A DNA stretch of 40,409 nucleotides, from positions 1 to 40,409 of the forward strand of contig MNVK01000096.1 in the NCBI GenBank assembly GCA_001871685.1, written 5' to 3'. Origin of the DNA: Nitrospirae bacterium CG1_02_44_142 (GTDB taxonomy: Bacteria > Nitrospirota > Thermodesulfovibrionia > Thermodesulfovibrionales > UBA1546). The notes under the pieces were generated by a model that worked only from the letters and a program-made list of their open reading frames with translations, ran no database searches and had not been told where the DNA came from. Positions 24,767-33,383 of this stretch are shown here, piece by piece (position 1 is the stretch's first letter; each line of letters opens with the position of its first letter). The position numbers and the translations under genes are program-made.

Positions 24767-25426
24767 ATGCTGAAGATAGGCGTCCTTGCATCGGGCCGCG
24801 GCTCTAACTTTCAGGCAATAATAGACGAGATAGAAAATAAAAATCTCAAAGCCTCAATAGAGATATTGATAACAGACAATCCATCCGCCTTTGCGATAGA
24901 ACGGGCTGAGAGGCATAACATAAACCACATGTTTATAAACCCCGAAGACTTCGCTGCAAAGGATGAATTCTTCAAAAAAATTGCAGACGAACTTAAATCA
25001 CGCGGCGTTGACCTCGTTATACTTGCAGGATTCATGAGAATTGTAAGAAAACCCCTGATAGACGCATTCCCCGATAGGATAATGAATATCCATCCCGCGC
25101 TGCTCCCTGCATTCCCGGGGATGCACGGACAGAGACAGGCGCTTGATTACGGCGTAAAGATTTCAGGATGCACAGTTCATTTTGTTGACGGGGGCATGGA
25201 TACAGGACCGGTTATCATTCAGGCGGCAGTCCCTGTGACGTCTGATGACACGGAAGACACGCTTTCCGAACGCATACTGAGTTTTGAGCACAAGATATAT
25301 CCTGAGGCAGTAAGGCTCTTTTCAGAGGGAAGGCTTGAGATAAAGGGCAGGAAGGTTGTGATAAAAAACCATTCCGCAGTCATATCAAATATTGTAAACC
25401 CGCCCATAGATGAAACAGATGCATGA
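24767..25426 (+). CDS. purN: Phosphoribosylglycinamide formyltransferase
   Basis: 'IGVLASGRGSNFQAII', 'NIHPALLPAF.G' and 'SGCTVHFVD.GMDTGPVI' are PurN signatures. Confidence 0.95.
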   Translation: MLKIGVLASGRGSNFQAIIDEIENKNLKASIEILITDNPSAFAIERAERHNINHMFINPEDFAAKDEFFKKIADELKSRGVDLVILAGFMRIVRKPLIDAFPDRIMNIHPALLPAFPGMHGQRQALDYGVKISGCTVHFVDGGMDTGPVIIQAAVPVTSDDTEDTLSERILSFEHKIYPEAVRLFSEGRLEIKGRKVVIKNHSAVISNIVNPPIDETDA

Positions 25427-25450
25427 TACAAGATGCAGGATGCAAGATTT
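25409..25450. repeat. Heptamer array GATGCAn x about 5 (left arm of the composite element around copy E)
   Basis: GATGCAT GATACAA GATGCAG GATGCAA GATTTAA. It contains the purN stop codon (25424-25426). Confidence 0.7.
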
Positions 25451-25452
25451 AA

Positions 25453-25495
25453 CCCCTCTCAGTCCCCCCTTATTAAGGGGGGAAGTAAAGGGGGG
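25453..25495. repeat. Nested C/G double-hairpin element, copy E (intergenic purN/rsmD)
   Basis: CCCC-TCTCAGT-CCCCCC-TTATTAA-GGGGGG-AAGTAAA-GGGGGG. Confidence 0.85.
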
Positions 25496-25496
25496 T

Positions 25497-25524
25497 ATCA
25501 TGTATCGTGCATCATGAATCATGA
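25497..25524. repeat. Heptamer array ATCnTGn x4 (right arm, inverted relative to the left arm)
   Basis: ATCATGT ATCGTGC ATCATGA ATCATGA. The reverse complement of the left arm reads ATCTTGC ATCCTGC ATCTTGT ATCATGC. It contains the rsmD start codon (25521). Confidence 0.7.
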
Positions 25525-26093
25525 AAATCTCCGCAGGCCATTTAAAAGGAAGAAAGATAAACTTCAGAAAAGCGCAGAAGGCTGCTAAAAAAGAGCATAC
25601 ATTAAGACCAACCTCATCCAAGGTGAGAGAATCCATTTTTAACATCATAGGCGCTTTAATCTCAGGCTCTCAATTCGCTGACCTCTATGCAGGCACAGGC
25701 GCGGTAGGGATAGAGGCAATGAGCAGAGGAGCTAAAAGGGTCTTCTTTGTAGAGGCTGACAGGAAAAGAGCAGAGATGATAAAGGATATGCTGAAAGACT
25801 GCGGCTGCATCCCAAGAGCCAATATCATAAAAGGAGAAGCATCCGCCTTTATAACTAAGGCGGTAAGAGAGGGTTTGAGATTTAATATAATATTCCTTGA
25901 CCCTCCTTATCATTCAGGAGCGCTTGAACATATACTTCCACTGCTGTCCGGCGGAGAACTGCTTCACGATGAAGGCATTATCATTGCAGAACACCTTTCA
26001 AAGAAAAAGCTGCCCGATGAAATCGGCAAACTCTTACAGAAGAAGGCTTACAAATACGGCGATACTATGCTAACATTATACAGAAAGGTTTAA
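25521..26093 (+). CDS. rsmD: 16S rRNA (guanine966-N2)-methyltransferase
   Basis: 'RPTSSKVRESIFNI', 'DLYAGTGAVGIEAMSRGA' and 'IIFLDPPY' are RsmD signatures. Confidence 0.9.
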   Translation: MKISAGHLKGRKINFRKAQKAAKKEHTLRPTSSKVRESIFNIIGALISGSQFADLYAGTGAVGIEAMSRGAKRVFFVEADRKRAEMIKDMLKDCGCIPRANIIKGEASAFITKAVREGLRFNIIFLDPPYHSGALEHILPLLSGGELLHDEGIIIAEHLSKKKLPDEIGKLLQKKAYKYGDTMLTLYRKV

Positions 26094-26147
26094 TGAAACA
26101 TTCATGCGAAGAGGCTGCTTCAGCCTCTCAGAGAAAGGTATTTTCAA

Positions 26148-26630
26148 ATGAAAAGAATAGCTATTTACCCGGGAACATTTGACCCCATAACAAACGGCCA
26201 TATAGACCTTGTGCAAAGAGGGCTTAGAATATTTGACAAGGTTATCATCGCTATAACAACAGCTCAGAAAAAACAGCCCCTTTTTACTGCTGATGAACGC
26301 ATTGACCTGATAAAAAACGCTCTAAAGGGATTTAAAAATGTCAGCGTTGATTCATTTAACGGGCTTCTGATTGAATATGCTAAGTCAAAGAACGGAACAG
26401 CAGTTATAAGAGGACTGCGCGCCGTGTCTGATTTTGAGTACGAATTTCAGATGGCGCTTATGAACAGGAGACTGGCAGTTGCAATAGAGACTGTCTTTAT
26501 GATGCCCTCCGAAGAATACTCATTCCTGACGTCCACAATTGTAAAAGAAGTCGCATCATTCGGCGGTTCTGTAAAAGGGCTTGTCCCTGAAGCAGTTGAA
26601 AAAGCATTAAGGAGAAAATTTCAAAAATGA
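26148..26630 (+). CDS. coaD: Pantetheine-phosphate adenylyltransferase
   Basis: 'IAIYPGTFDPITNGHIDL' and 'RGLRAVSDFEYE.QMA..N' are CoaD signatures. Confidence 0.95.
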   Translation: MKRIAIYPGTFDPITNGHIDLVQRGLRIFDKVIIAITTAQKKQPLFTADERIDLIKNALKGFKNVSVDSFNGLLIEYAKSKNGTAVIRGLRAVSDFEYEFQMALMNRRLAVAIETVFMMPSEEYSFLTSTIVKEVASFGGSVKGLVPEAVEKALRRKFQK

Positions 26631-26947
26631 TAACGATTGAAGACTTTGCAAAAGTAGAATTAAAAATCGGCAAAGTGCTTGAGGCGCAGAGGGTTGAAAA
26701 ATCAAACAAACTTATTGTCATGAAGATTGACACAGGCGAAGAGCGGCAGATAGTCGCAGGCGTCGGCAGGGCATACACGCCTGAAGAGCTTGTCGGCAAA
26801 AGCATCGTTGTTGTAACAAACCTCCAGCCTGCAAACCTCATGGGAGTGGAGTCTCATGGAATGCTCCTCGCGGCGTCGGATGACGAAGGGAACCTTTCAG
26901 TCATTACTCTGGAGAAAGAGATAAAAGCAGGGGCAAGGGTAAAGTAG
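26627..26947 (+). CDS. tRNA-binding domain protein (CsaA/Trbp111-like OB fold)
   Basis: 'DFAKVELKIGKVLEAQRVEKSNKLIVMKIDTGEE.RQIVAG......PEELVGK.IVVVTNL.PA.LMGVES.GMLLAA'. Its start overlaps the coaD stop in the 4-nt sequence ATGA. Confidence 0.85.
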   Translation: MITIEDFAKVELKIGKVLEAQRVEKSNKLIVMKIDTGEERQIVAGVGRAYTPEELVGKSIVVVTNLQPANLMGVESHGMLLAASDDEGNLSVITLEKEIKAGARVK

Positions 26948-27043
26948 CTCTCCAATCTCACAAGTTCCTAAGTACCATAGTTCTGAGGAACCAAAGTTTT
27001 ATATTTTTACCGTGCTATTGGCTGTGGCACTTTTGAAGAAATG

Positions 27044-27065
27044 TGGGAAGCGTCCCTCTACCATC
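27044..27065 (+). repeat. 22-mer near-identical to the third iteron-like unit at 14789-14810
   Basis: TGGGAAGCGTCCCTCTACCATC versus TGGGAAGTGTCCCTCTACTATC (20/22 identical, same orientation). It is intergenic, 3' of the coo operon. Confidence 0.7.
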
Positions 27066-27146
27066 TCCTGATCTCAGATAGCCCTACTGTATGTCAAGGT
27101 CAGAGAATTAATATCGATAGGCTGGGTATTACAGCCATTGAAGATT

Positions 27147-28361
27147 TTAAAATGATTTTAAAAACCTCAATGTAGAGCCATAATTAATGGGGGGATGAAT
27201 TTCGCTTAAAGGAACACCCCTCCTCATAAGGGATAGATATATGCCTCCTTTTAATACATCGCCTATCAGTTGAGCGCCTCTCAGAAGCCCGTCGCCTCCT
27301 GTGTAGACCTTTATCATTCCTTTCGGGGTATCCCTCTTGAATACCTTTTCTCCTTTCTGGACACCGATTGAGAGGACGGGCAATCCAAAAAAGGTTACTA
27401 CGTTCATGTCCTCAAGATGTGCGTCAAAATATCTTTCATTGTCAACCATGTTACACCCGGCAATCCATCCACTTTTCACGGCATTTATGTGTATCGGATT
27501 CACCTTCCTTATACCGCCGATTTCGATTTCAGCTATATCTCCTGCAGCATATATATTAGAGATATTTGTCCTCATCCTATCATCCACCAGAATCCCCTGG
27601 TTGGTCTTGATGGATCCGTTTTTCAACATCTCGAGGTTGGGTTTCACACCGACAGAGGCAATTACCATATCGCACGGGATGGTCTTACCGTCATTCAGCA
27701 TTACCCCTTTAACCTTATTCCCGAAGCCCCTCTTTACCAATACCACCTCTTTGGTTGTGAGTATTTTTATGCCGTTTTTTTCTATGTGTCTTTGAACGAT
27801 CTCTGCCATCTCACTATCCAGCATCCTTGGAAGTATCCTGTCCTCTCTCTCAACAACCGTAACCCTGCAACCCTTTATACATAATGCCTCAGCGATCTCG
27901 AGACCTATAAATCCGGCACCTATTACCACCACCTCTCTATATTTTTTAATCTTTGACAATATCCTGTCTGCATCCGATATGGTCTTAAAAGTAAAAACAC
28001 CATCGCCGTCAATTCCCTGTATCTTCGGGATAACAGGATTTGAGCCTGCTGCTATGAGAAGCCTGTTATACCCCAATCCCGTACCATTCGAGAGCCTGAC
28101 CCTGCTATCATCAGGTATGACCTCTGCAACCGCAGCACCAGAGATGATCTTTATCCTGTTTGCATCATAAAAATCATCCCCTCTTATATAAAGTCTCTTT
28201 TTTCCTATCTCCCCGGTCACATATCTATAAAGAAAGCACGGGGTATAGGCAGGCTCTCGTTCCTTTGATACGATCGTGATTTCGCAATCCCTATTTAGTT
28301 GTCGGATCGCCTCTACAGCGCTTATGGCAACAATCCCGTTACCTATGATTACAATTCCCAT
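27147..28361 (-). CDS. FAD-dependent pyridine nucleotide-disulfide-family oxidoreductase (CODH-associated NAD(P) oxidoreductase)
   Basis: Two dinucleotide folds are present ('IVIIGNGIVAISA' and 'VVVIGAGFIGLEIAEAL'), plus 'IYAAGD'. It lies 2 nt downstream of cooS. Confidence 0.85.
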   Translation of the reverse strand: MGIVIIGNGIVAISAVEAIRQLNRDCEITIVSKEREPAYTPCFLYRYVTGEIGKKRLYIRGDDFYDANRIKIISGAAVAEVIPDDSRVRLSNGTGLGYNRLLIAAGSNPVIPKIQGIDGDGVFTFKTISDADRILSKIKKYREVVVIGAGFIGLEIAEALCIKGCRVTVVEREDRILPRMLDSEMAEIVQRHIEKNGIKILTTKEVVLVKRGFGNKVKGVMLNDGKTIPCDMVIASVGVKPNLEMLKNGSIKTNQGILVDDRMRTNISNIYAAGDIAEIEIGGIRKVNPIHINAVKSGWIAGCNMVDNERYFDAHLEDMNVVTFFGLPVLSIGVQKGEKVFKRDTPKGMIKVYTGGDGLLRGAQLIGDVLKGGIYLSLMRRGVPLSEIHPPINYGSTLRFLKSF

Positions 28362-28363
28362 AG

Positions 28364-30274
28364 CTAAATCCCCAGCGCTGCTCTCTTCTGCGCGATGTGA
28401 TCCATCATCCCTGCTGCTGCCTTTATCGGATCAAGTTCCACATATGCCTTGCCACCTGTTAGCTTTTCAAGATCCTGTGTCAACACTTTTGTAGCCAGTG
28501 AACTGCCTAAAATCCTCGGCGAAGGGGCTATGTGAACAAGCAGTCCGAGGGCAAGCAGCCATGTGCCTATGGATATTGCTTTTTCCTGCACGAGTTCCGG
28601 CGCCGAACCAGCAACCGGAAGCTGACTTATCTTTACATCAAGCTTGTTTGCAAGGGCGCCGAGAAGTGTGGCAATCCTTGAATTATCCACACACGACCCC
28701 ATGTGCCACACAGGCGGCAGCGGCCCATCAAGCCCCGCAGCCTCACCAAGGGCCGTAAGAACTGATTTCAATCCATCGCCGCAGTATTTATTTGTGGCAG
28801 CAGTGTCCATAAAGCCTGCCTGGGCACAGATGTGGGCTGTGCATCCTGTGGTGACAATTAATACGTTGTTTTTCAGAAGCTCCTTTGTCATTATCTCTGT
28901 CATGGATGTGTCCCTTAACTTTATACTCGGACACCCTGCAAAACCTACTGCGCCATAGATATTACCGTTAACAATATTGTCAATAACAGGCTTCAGAGGA
29001 TCTGATGGGTTGACCTTTTTGAGCACATCGAGGATCGCCTCCACCGAAAAACCAATAAGTCCCACTGATTTTTCCTTGGGGATAGAGACTTCCTTCCCTT
29101 TCCTTGCCTTAAATGCCTCTACTGCCATCTTCACGACCTTTTTTGCCGCATCATCTGCATGCTCTGCTTCAAAGGCGATATGTGTTGCGCCCGGCATCTT
29201 AACAAAGGACTCTGTGGTAATAATCTTTGTATCAAAACACTCCGCGATCTTTGTGGTAGACGGCCAGATGCACTGCATATCCACAACCATGGCATCCACA
29301 GCGCCTGTAAGGAGTATCAATTCTGACTGGAGATTATGGCCTGCCATCGGGACTCCACGCCTCATGGTAAGCTCATTTCCTGTGCAGCATACACCAACCA
29401 CATTTATACCCTTCGCTCCCGCCTCTTTTGCCTCATTCTCGAGCTTACCTGCCCATTCGAGTATCTTCTCTGAAAGAACAGGGTTGTGTCCGTGCATTGC
29501 TATATTTACCTTGTCTTTCTCGAGGACGCCCATATTTGCCTCTATCATCCTTGGCTTAGGTGTTCCGAACATAATGTCTTGAAAGTCCGTTGCCATATGC
29601 AGCCCTGCATAACCGTCTACGAGTCCTATCCTTAAACATGCGAGGAGTAAGTTTGTCGGGTCAGCGTCATTGCCCATGGATGTCCTGTGCATCCCCTCTT
29701 CAATCTCATTATGGGCGTTAGATACAAGGATTCCGAGTTCACGCCACATATCTATCTCTTTTTTCGGGGCCCTCAGTTTGATCCAGTTCATGGGTTCATC
29801 GTCCTGTCTTGAGAGGTCTTCCAGCGCTTTATCCACGACCTCTGAGGCAATCTCTTTATCAGATTTTCCGTCTGCCTTGATACCAAGTCCGTCGGCAACT
29901 TCCATGAGCTTATCCCTGTCGGTGATCTTATATCCAGAAGCCTTACCTTCGAGCATCTTCTTAAATGAAAGAACCACATGCCTTGCATGACCGACATGGG
30001 AGGATGCACCTCCGATCTCTTCTCTCAAAAGGTTTCTGCATACAATGGTATCCACAGAGGCGCCACATACCCCTGTTGTTGCTCCTTCACCAAAAGGGTC
30101 TATCCGGCATGGCCCCATATAACACATCCTGCAGCAGCTTCCCAGCTGTCCGAACCCACACTGGGGCATCTGGGCCTCGAGTCTATCAAGGCCTATACTT
30201 ATGCCCATCTCCTCTGCCCTGTTTACTAAAAACTGAGAAGCCTTATCAAGTGTTTTCGTTGCCATCTTAAACAC
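28364..30274 (-). CDS. cooS: Anaerobic Ni-Fe carbon monoxide dehydrogenase catalytic subunit
   Basis: 636 aa. It has the N-terminal Cys cluster 'CGFGQLGSCCRMCYMGPCRI' and the typical CooS/prismane-fold motifs 'VGVCCTGNE' and 'GSCVDNSR'. Confidence 0.95.
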   Translation of the reverse strand: MFKMATKTLDKASQFLVNRAEEMGISIGLDRLEAQMPQCGFGQLGSCCRMCYMGPCRIDPFGEGATTGVCGASVDTIVCRNLLREEIGGASSHVGHARHVVLSFKKMLEGKASGYKITDRDKLMEVADGLGIKADGKSDKEIASEVVDKALEDLSRQDDEPMNWIKLRAPKKEIDMWRELGILVSNAHNEIEEGMHRTSMGNDADPTNLLLACLRIGLVDGYAGLHMATDFQDIMFGTPKPRMIEANMGVLEKDKVNIAMHGHNPVLSEKILEWAGKLENEAKEAGAKGINVVGVCCTGNELTMRRGVPMAGHNLQSELILLTGAVDAMVVDMQCIWPSTTKIAECFDTKIITTESFVKMPGATHIAFEAEHADDAAKKVVKMAVEAFKARKGKEVSIPKEKSVGLIGFSVEAILDVLKKVNPSDPLKPVIDNIVNGNIYGAVGFAGCPSIKLRDTSMTEIMTKELLKNNVLIVTTGCTAHICAQAGFMDTAATNKYCGDGLKSVLTALGEAAGLDGPLPPVWHMGSCVDNSRIATLLGALANKLDVKISQLPVAGSAPELVQEKAISIGTWLLALGLLVHIAPSPRILGSSLATKVLTQDLEKLTGGKAYVELDPIKAAAGMMDHIAQKRAALGI

Positions 30275-30845
30275 CTCCCATTTTTCTTAAAAGTTCTAAT
30301 GGTATTACTTTTGATTTTTCCTCTTTTATCCTGCCCACTGCCATGGCGACCGTTTGTGCAGTAATCAACCTCTTTTCCTTTGAAAGATCTTCTGCCTCAC
30401 CAAAGGTCATGGCATTGGTAGGACAAGCCTCCACACAGGCAGGCTCCTTTCCTTCCTTCAATCGCGATTTGCAAAAATCACATTTCACAGATACACCTCT
30501 TTCGGTACCCATAGATATTGCTCCAAAAGGGCAGACCATGGCACACATCCAGCATCCCATACATCTGTCTTCATTGACCATGACACTGTCCATTTCCTCA
30601 TCCCTGTGCATTGCACCAGTAGGACATGCCGTAATACACACAGCGTCAGCGCAATGCATACACTTCGATGGATACGAGAAGGAATAAGCCTTTTCCACAT
30701 GCACCCTCTTTCTCGGCACAGGTTTTTCAAAGATGGCTGCATATATATCTTTTGAGGACGAATGCTCTACTGCACAGGCAATCTCACAGGACTTACAGGC
30801 AGTACATCTCTCGATATTGATAAACACCTCTTTCACTCCCATCAC
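30267..30845 (-). CDS. cooF: CODH iron-sulfur electron-transfer protein (4Fe-4S ferredoxin, CooF-like)
   Basis: It has four Cys motifs: 'CTACKSCEIAC', 'CMHCADAVCITACP', 'CMGCWMCAMVCP' and 'CDFC....EPACVEACP'. It overlaps cooS by 8 nt. Confidence 0.85.
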   Translation of the reverse strand: MMGVKEVFINIERCTACKSCEIACAVEHSSSKDIYAAIFEKPVPRKRVHVEKAYSFSYPSKCMHCADAVCITACPTGAMHRDEEMDSVMVNEDRCMGCWMCAMVCPFGAISMGTERGVSVKCDFCKSRLKEGKEPACVEACPTNAMTFGEAEDLSKEKRLITAQTVAMAVGRIKEEKSKVIPLELLRKMGGV

Positions 30846-30928
30846 CTCCCTTTTTCATAATTTATGGCAGGCGCTCATTCAGAAGCAAGAAATTTTTGAT
30901 GAACGGTCAGGATGAATTGATAAAAGGT

Positions 30929-31642
30929 TTAGATAAGAGCTAACGCCTTTTTGAGATCTTTAAGCCTTCTTCTCGCCACAGGGACAGCAGGGATCTCTTC
31001 TCTATCGAAAATGATCTGGGTCTGTCCCTTGTCATCGCGTTGTATTTTATGGATATGGTTTAAGTTAGCAACAAAACTCTTATGGACCCTGAAAAATTTT
31101 TGTCCGGTATGCCGCCTAAGAATATTCTTTAAAGTGAGGTGGAGATAATAAGAACTCCTTTCTGTAAAAACCCTGCAATAATTCTCCTCAGATTTGATAA
31201 AGTAGATAGAAGATACCTCCAGAAACAGAAATGCACCCTTATCACATACAGGAAATTTATTCAACTCTATCATTCCTGTGTTAGGGTTAACTTCAGCACC
31301 TGTCTGTTCTGTTACATCTATAAAGGTCATGGCAAAGAGTGGCTTTTTCAAAGATTCTTCTATTTCGATTCTGCATACATTAATCACCAGTACCTTGTTT
31401 AAAACATCAATGATCATGGCGACAGGCACCTCGGAATCGCAGACACCGGCCTCCTGTAAAATGGCCTCTATTTTTGGATGGCTTTTTCTCGGATGATATT
31501 GAAAAACGGTTTTTCCCATATCTGATATTGCAGGGCCTAAAATTTTACGGGCATAGGCATTCATTCCAATAACCCTATAATCTGGCGAGAGTAGAACCAG
31601 ACCGATGTCCAAACAGGACTTGGAACTCTGCAGTGTGTCCAT
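30929..31642 (-). CDS. PAS-like sensor domain + LytTR DNA-binding domain regulator (RcoM-like architecture)
   Basis: The N-terminal ~120 aa are PAS-like ('IGLVLLSPDYRVIGMNAYARKIL'). The C-terminal LytTR domain has 'IYFIKSEENYCRVFT....Y.LHLTLKNIL.......FFRVHKSFVANLNHI' and 'IPVARRR'. It lies directly upstream of cooF and is co-oriented with it. Confidence 0.65.
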   Translation of the reverse strand: MDTLQSSKSCLDIGLVLLSPDYRVIGMNAYARKILGPAISDMGKTVFQYHPRKSHPKIEAILQEAGVCDSEVPVAMIIDVLNKVLVINVCRIEIEESLKKPLFAMTFIDVTEQTGAEVNPNTGMIELNKFPVCDKGAFLFLEVSSIYFIKSEENYCRVFTERSSYYLHLTLKNILRRHTGQKFFRVHKSFVANLNHIHKIQRDDKGQTQIIFDREEIPAVPVARRRLKDLKKALALI

Positions 31643-31854
31643 TTCAGATAAAGTATATCATAATATGGTTCATCTCCAAAGAGTTGGTATAATTATGCTC
31701 CTGCGGGAGATCAAAAATATATAATGTAAGCGGGATATTTTACGTTAAAATAGCCATCGGGCGGGTAAGTGAGCGAGAATTTTTAATTTCAAATTCAAAT
31801 TGCTTCTCCTCTGACCGTCTTTTTTCAAAGACACTAAAGCCTTTCGCATGAATG

Positions 31855-33243
31855 TTATAACTTTAACTCATACTCCTCCCCTTTATTCGGCACATGCGCA
31901 ACAAACCCGTATCTCTCTTTTATCAACTCTGAGAATTGCAAGGATGTTTCTTCTTCTCCGTGAACTACAAAGACCTGCGGGCTGTCTTTGAATGATGAAA
32001 GCCATTCAAGAAGTTCTTTCCGGTCAGCATGAGCAGAGAATCCGCCGAGCGTATATATCCCTGCCTTCACTGCTATATCTTCTCCAAAAATACGAACTGT
32101 TTTTGCTCCGTCAACAATCTTCCTGCCGAGCGTGCCTCTTGCCTGAAATCCTGAAAATATAATGCTGCACTCATGCCTCCACAGGTTATGTTTCAGATGA
32201 TGTCTTATTCTTCCGCCCTCGCACATACCGCTTCCGGCAATGATTATCGCATGGGATTTAATCTTATTCAGCGCAATGGATTCATCAACAGAATTGGTAA
32301 ACCTGAGCCTTATGCTGTCTGCCACCGAGCCGGCTGTGAGAATCCTTTGTGCCTCCTCATCAAAACACTCCGGGTGCGCAAGATATGTCTTTGTCGCTTT
32401 TTCAGCCAAGGGGCTGTCTATATATATATTGATATTGTAAAGCCTTCCCTCGCGCACAAGCCTGTTAAGCACATACAGAATATCCTGCGTCCTTCCAATT
32501 GCAAAGGCAGGGATAATAACATTTCCGCCTTTTTTGAATGTCCCTTTTATAACCTCCGCAAGTTCGTCAATAGTCTCCGGCATGCCTTTGTGCAGTCTGT
32601 TGCCATAAGTTGATTCCATAACAACATACTCAGCCTCCGCTGCAAGCGACGGGTCCTTTAATATCGGGTTCCCTTTCTTTCCGATGTCTCCTGAGAATAC
32701 TATCTTTTTTTCTTGGCGCCCGTCCTGAAACCATACCTCCAGAGTGCCTGAACCGAGGATGTGCCCTGCATCCAGGAATCTGAACTTTATCCCCTTCCCT
32801 GTGTGCTCAATCTTCCCATAAGAAACTTTCTTGAAAAATGGTATTGAAGCCTTAACGTCATCCACTGTGTAGAGTGGAAACACAGGTTCTTTACCTGCCC
32901 TCACCGCCCTTTTTGTATGCCATTCAGAATCCGTTTTCTGAATATGCGCTGAATCATAAAGCATAAGTTCTGACAGGTCTGCAGTCGCAGAGGTTGTGAC
33001 TATCTTCCCCCTGAAACCGTCTTTGACGAGCCTCGGGATAAGCCCGCTGTGGTCAATATGGGCGTGCGTAAGGAACAGATAATCTATCTCTGAAGGATTA
33101 AACAAAAAAGGCGCTCTGTTAATGTCATAGGAATCTTCTCCCTGAAACATGCCGCAGTCGACAAGCGCCTTGATTTCCGATGTCCTGATATAAAAACATG
33201 AGCCTGTAACAGTCCTTGCGCCGCCAAGGAATTGTATTTTCAA
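31855..33243 (-). CDS. MBL-fold metallo-hydrolase, beta-CASP ribonuclease family
   Basis: 'FLGGARTVTGSC', 'LTHAHIDHSG', a beta-CASP region and a C-terminal 'GFSAHAD' motif. Confidence 0.85.
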   Translation of the reverse strand: MKIQFLGGARTVTGSCFYIRTSEIKALVDCGMFQGEDSYDINRAPFLFNPSEIDYLFLTHAHIDHSGLIPRLVKDGFRGKIVTTSATADLSELMLYDSAHIQKTDSEWHTKRAVRAGKEPVFPLYTVDDVKASIPFFKKVSYGKIEHTGKGIKFRFLDAGHILGSGTLEVWFQDGRQEKKIVFSGDIGKKGNPILKDPSLAAEAEYVVMESTYGNRLHKGMPETIDELAEVIKGTFKKGGNVIIPAFAIGRTQDILYVLNRLVREGRLYNINIYIDSPLAEKATKTYLAHPECFDEEAQRILTAGSVADSIRLRFTNSVDESIALNKIKSHAIIIAGSGMCEGGRIRHHLKHNLWRHECSIIFSGFQARGTLGRKIVDGAKTVRIFGEDIAVKAGIYTLGGFSAHADRKELLEWLSSFKDSPQVFVVHGEEETSLQFSELIKERYGFVAHVPNKGEEYELKL

Positions 33244-33383
33244 CTCATCACCTCACTTGTTTAAGTTTAACCCAGCGGCATCCAAAAAACAACAGACTCA
33301 TGCCAATTACACTTAAAAACAGATATAATACAGACAGCCTTCTGGAAATGCAGTCTTATAAATTAAACAGGAGTGTTTCATTG

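Noticed and set aside
26964-26991. Hairpin GTTCCT-16 nt-AGGAAC after the csaA-like gene, and the similar word CCATAGTTC(C/T)G at 18728-18738. These could be a terminator or a repeat family.
   Set aside because: The stem is only 6 bp with a large loop and a weak U-tract. The similarity between the two sites is limited to ~11 nt plus the AACTATGG words. This is too weak to call.
31685-31693. Perfect extended -10 (TGGTATAAT) on the plus strand upstream of the rcoM-like gene region, hinting at an unannotated sRNA in 31700-31850.
   Set aside because: There is no -35 element and no downstream plus-strand gene or terminator; the GTCTTT-TTTC-AAAGAC hairpin has no U-run. The same A+T-rich DNA must carry the minus-strand rcoM promoter, so a chance match is likely.
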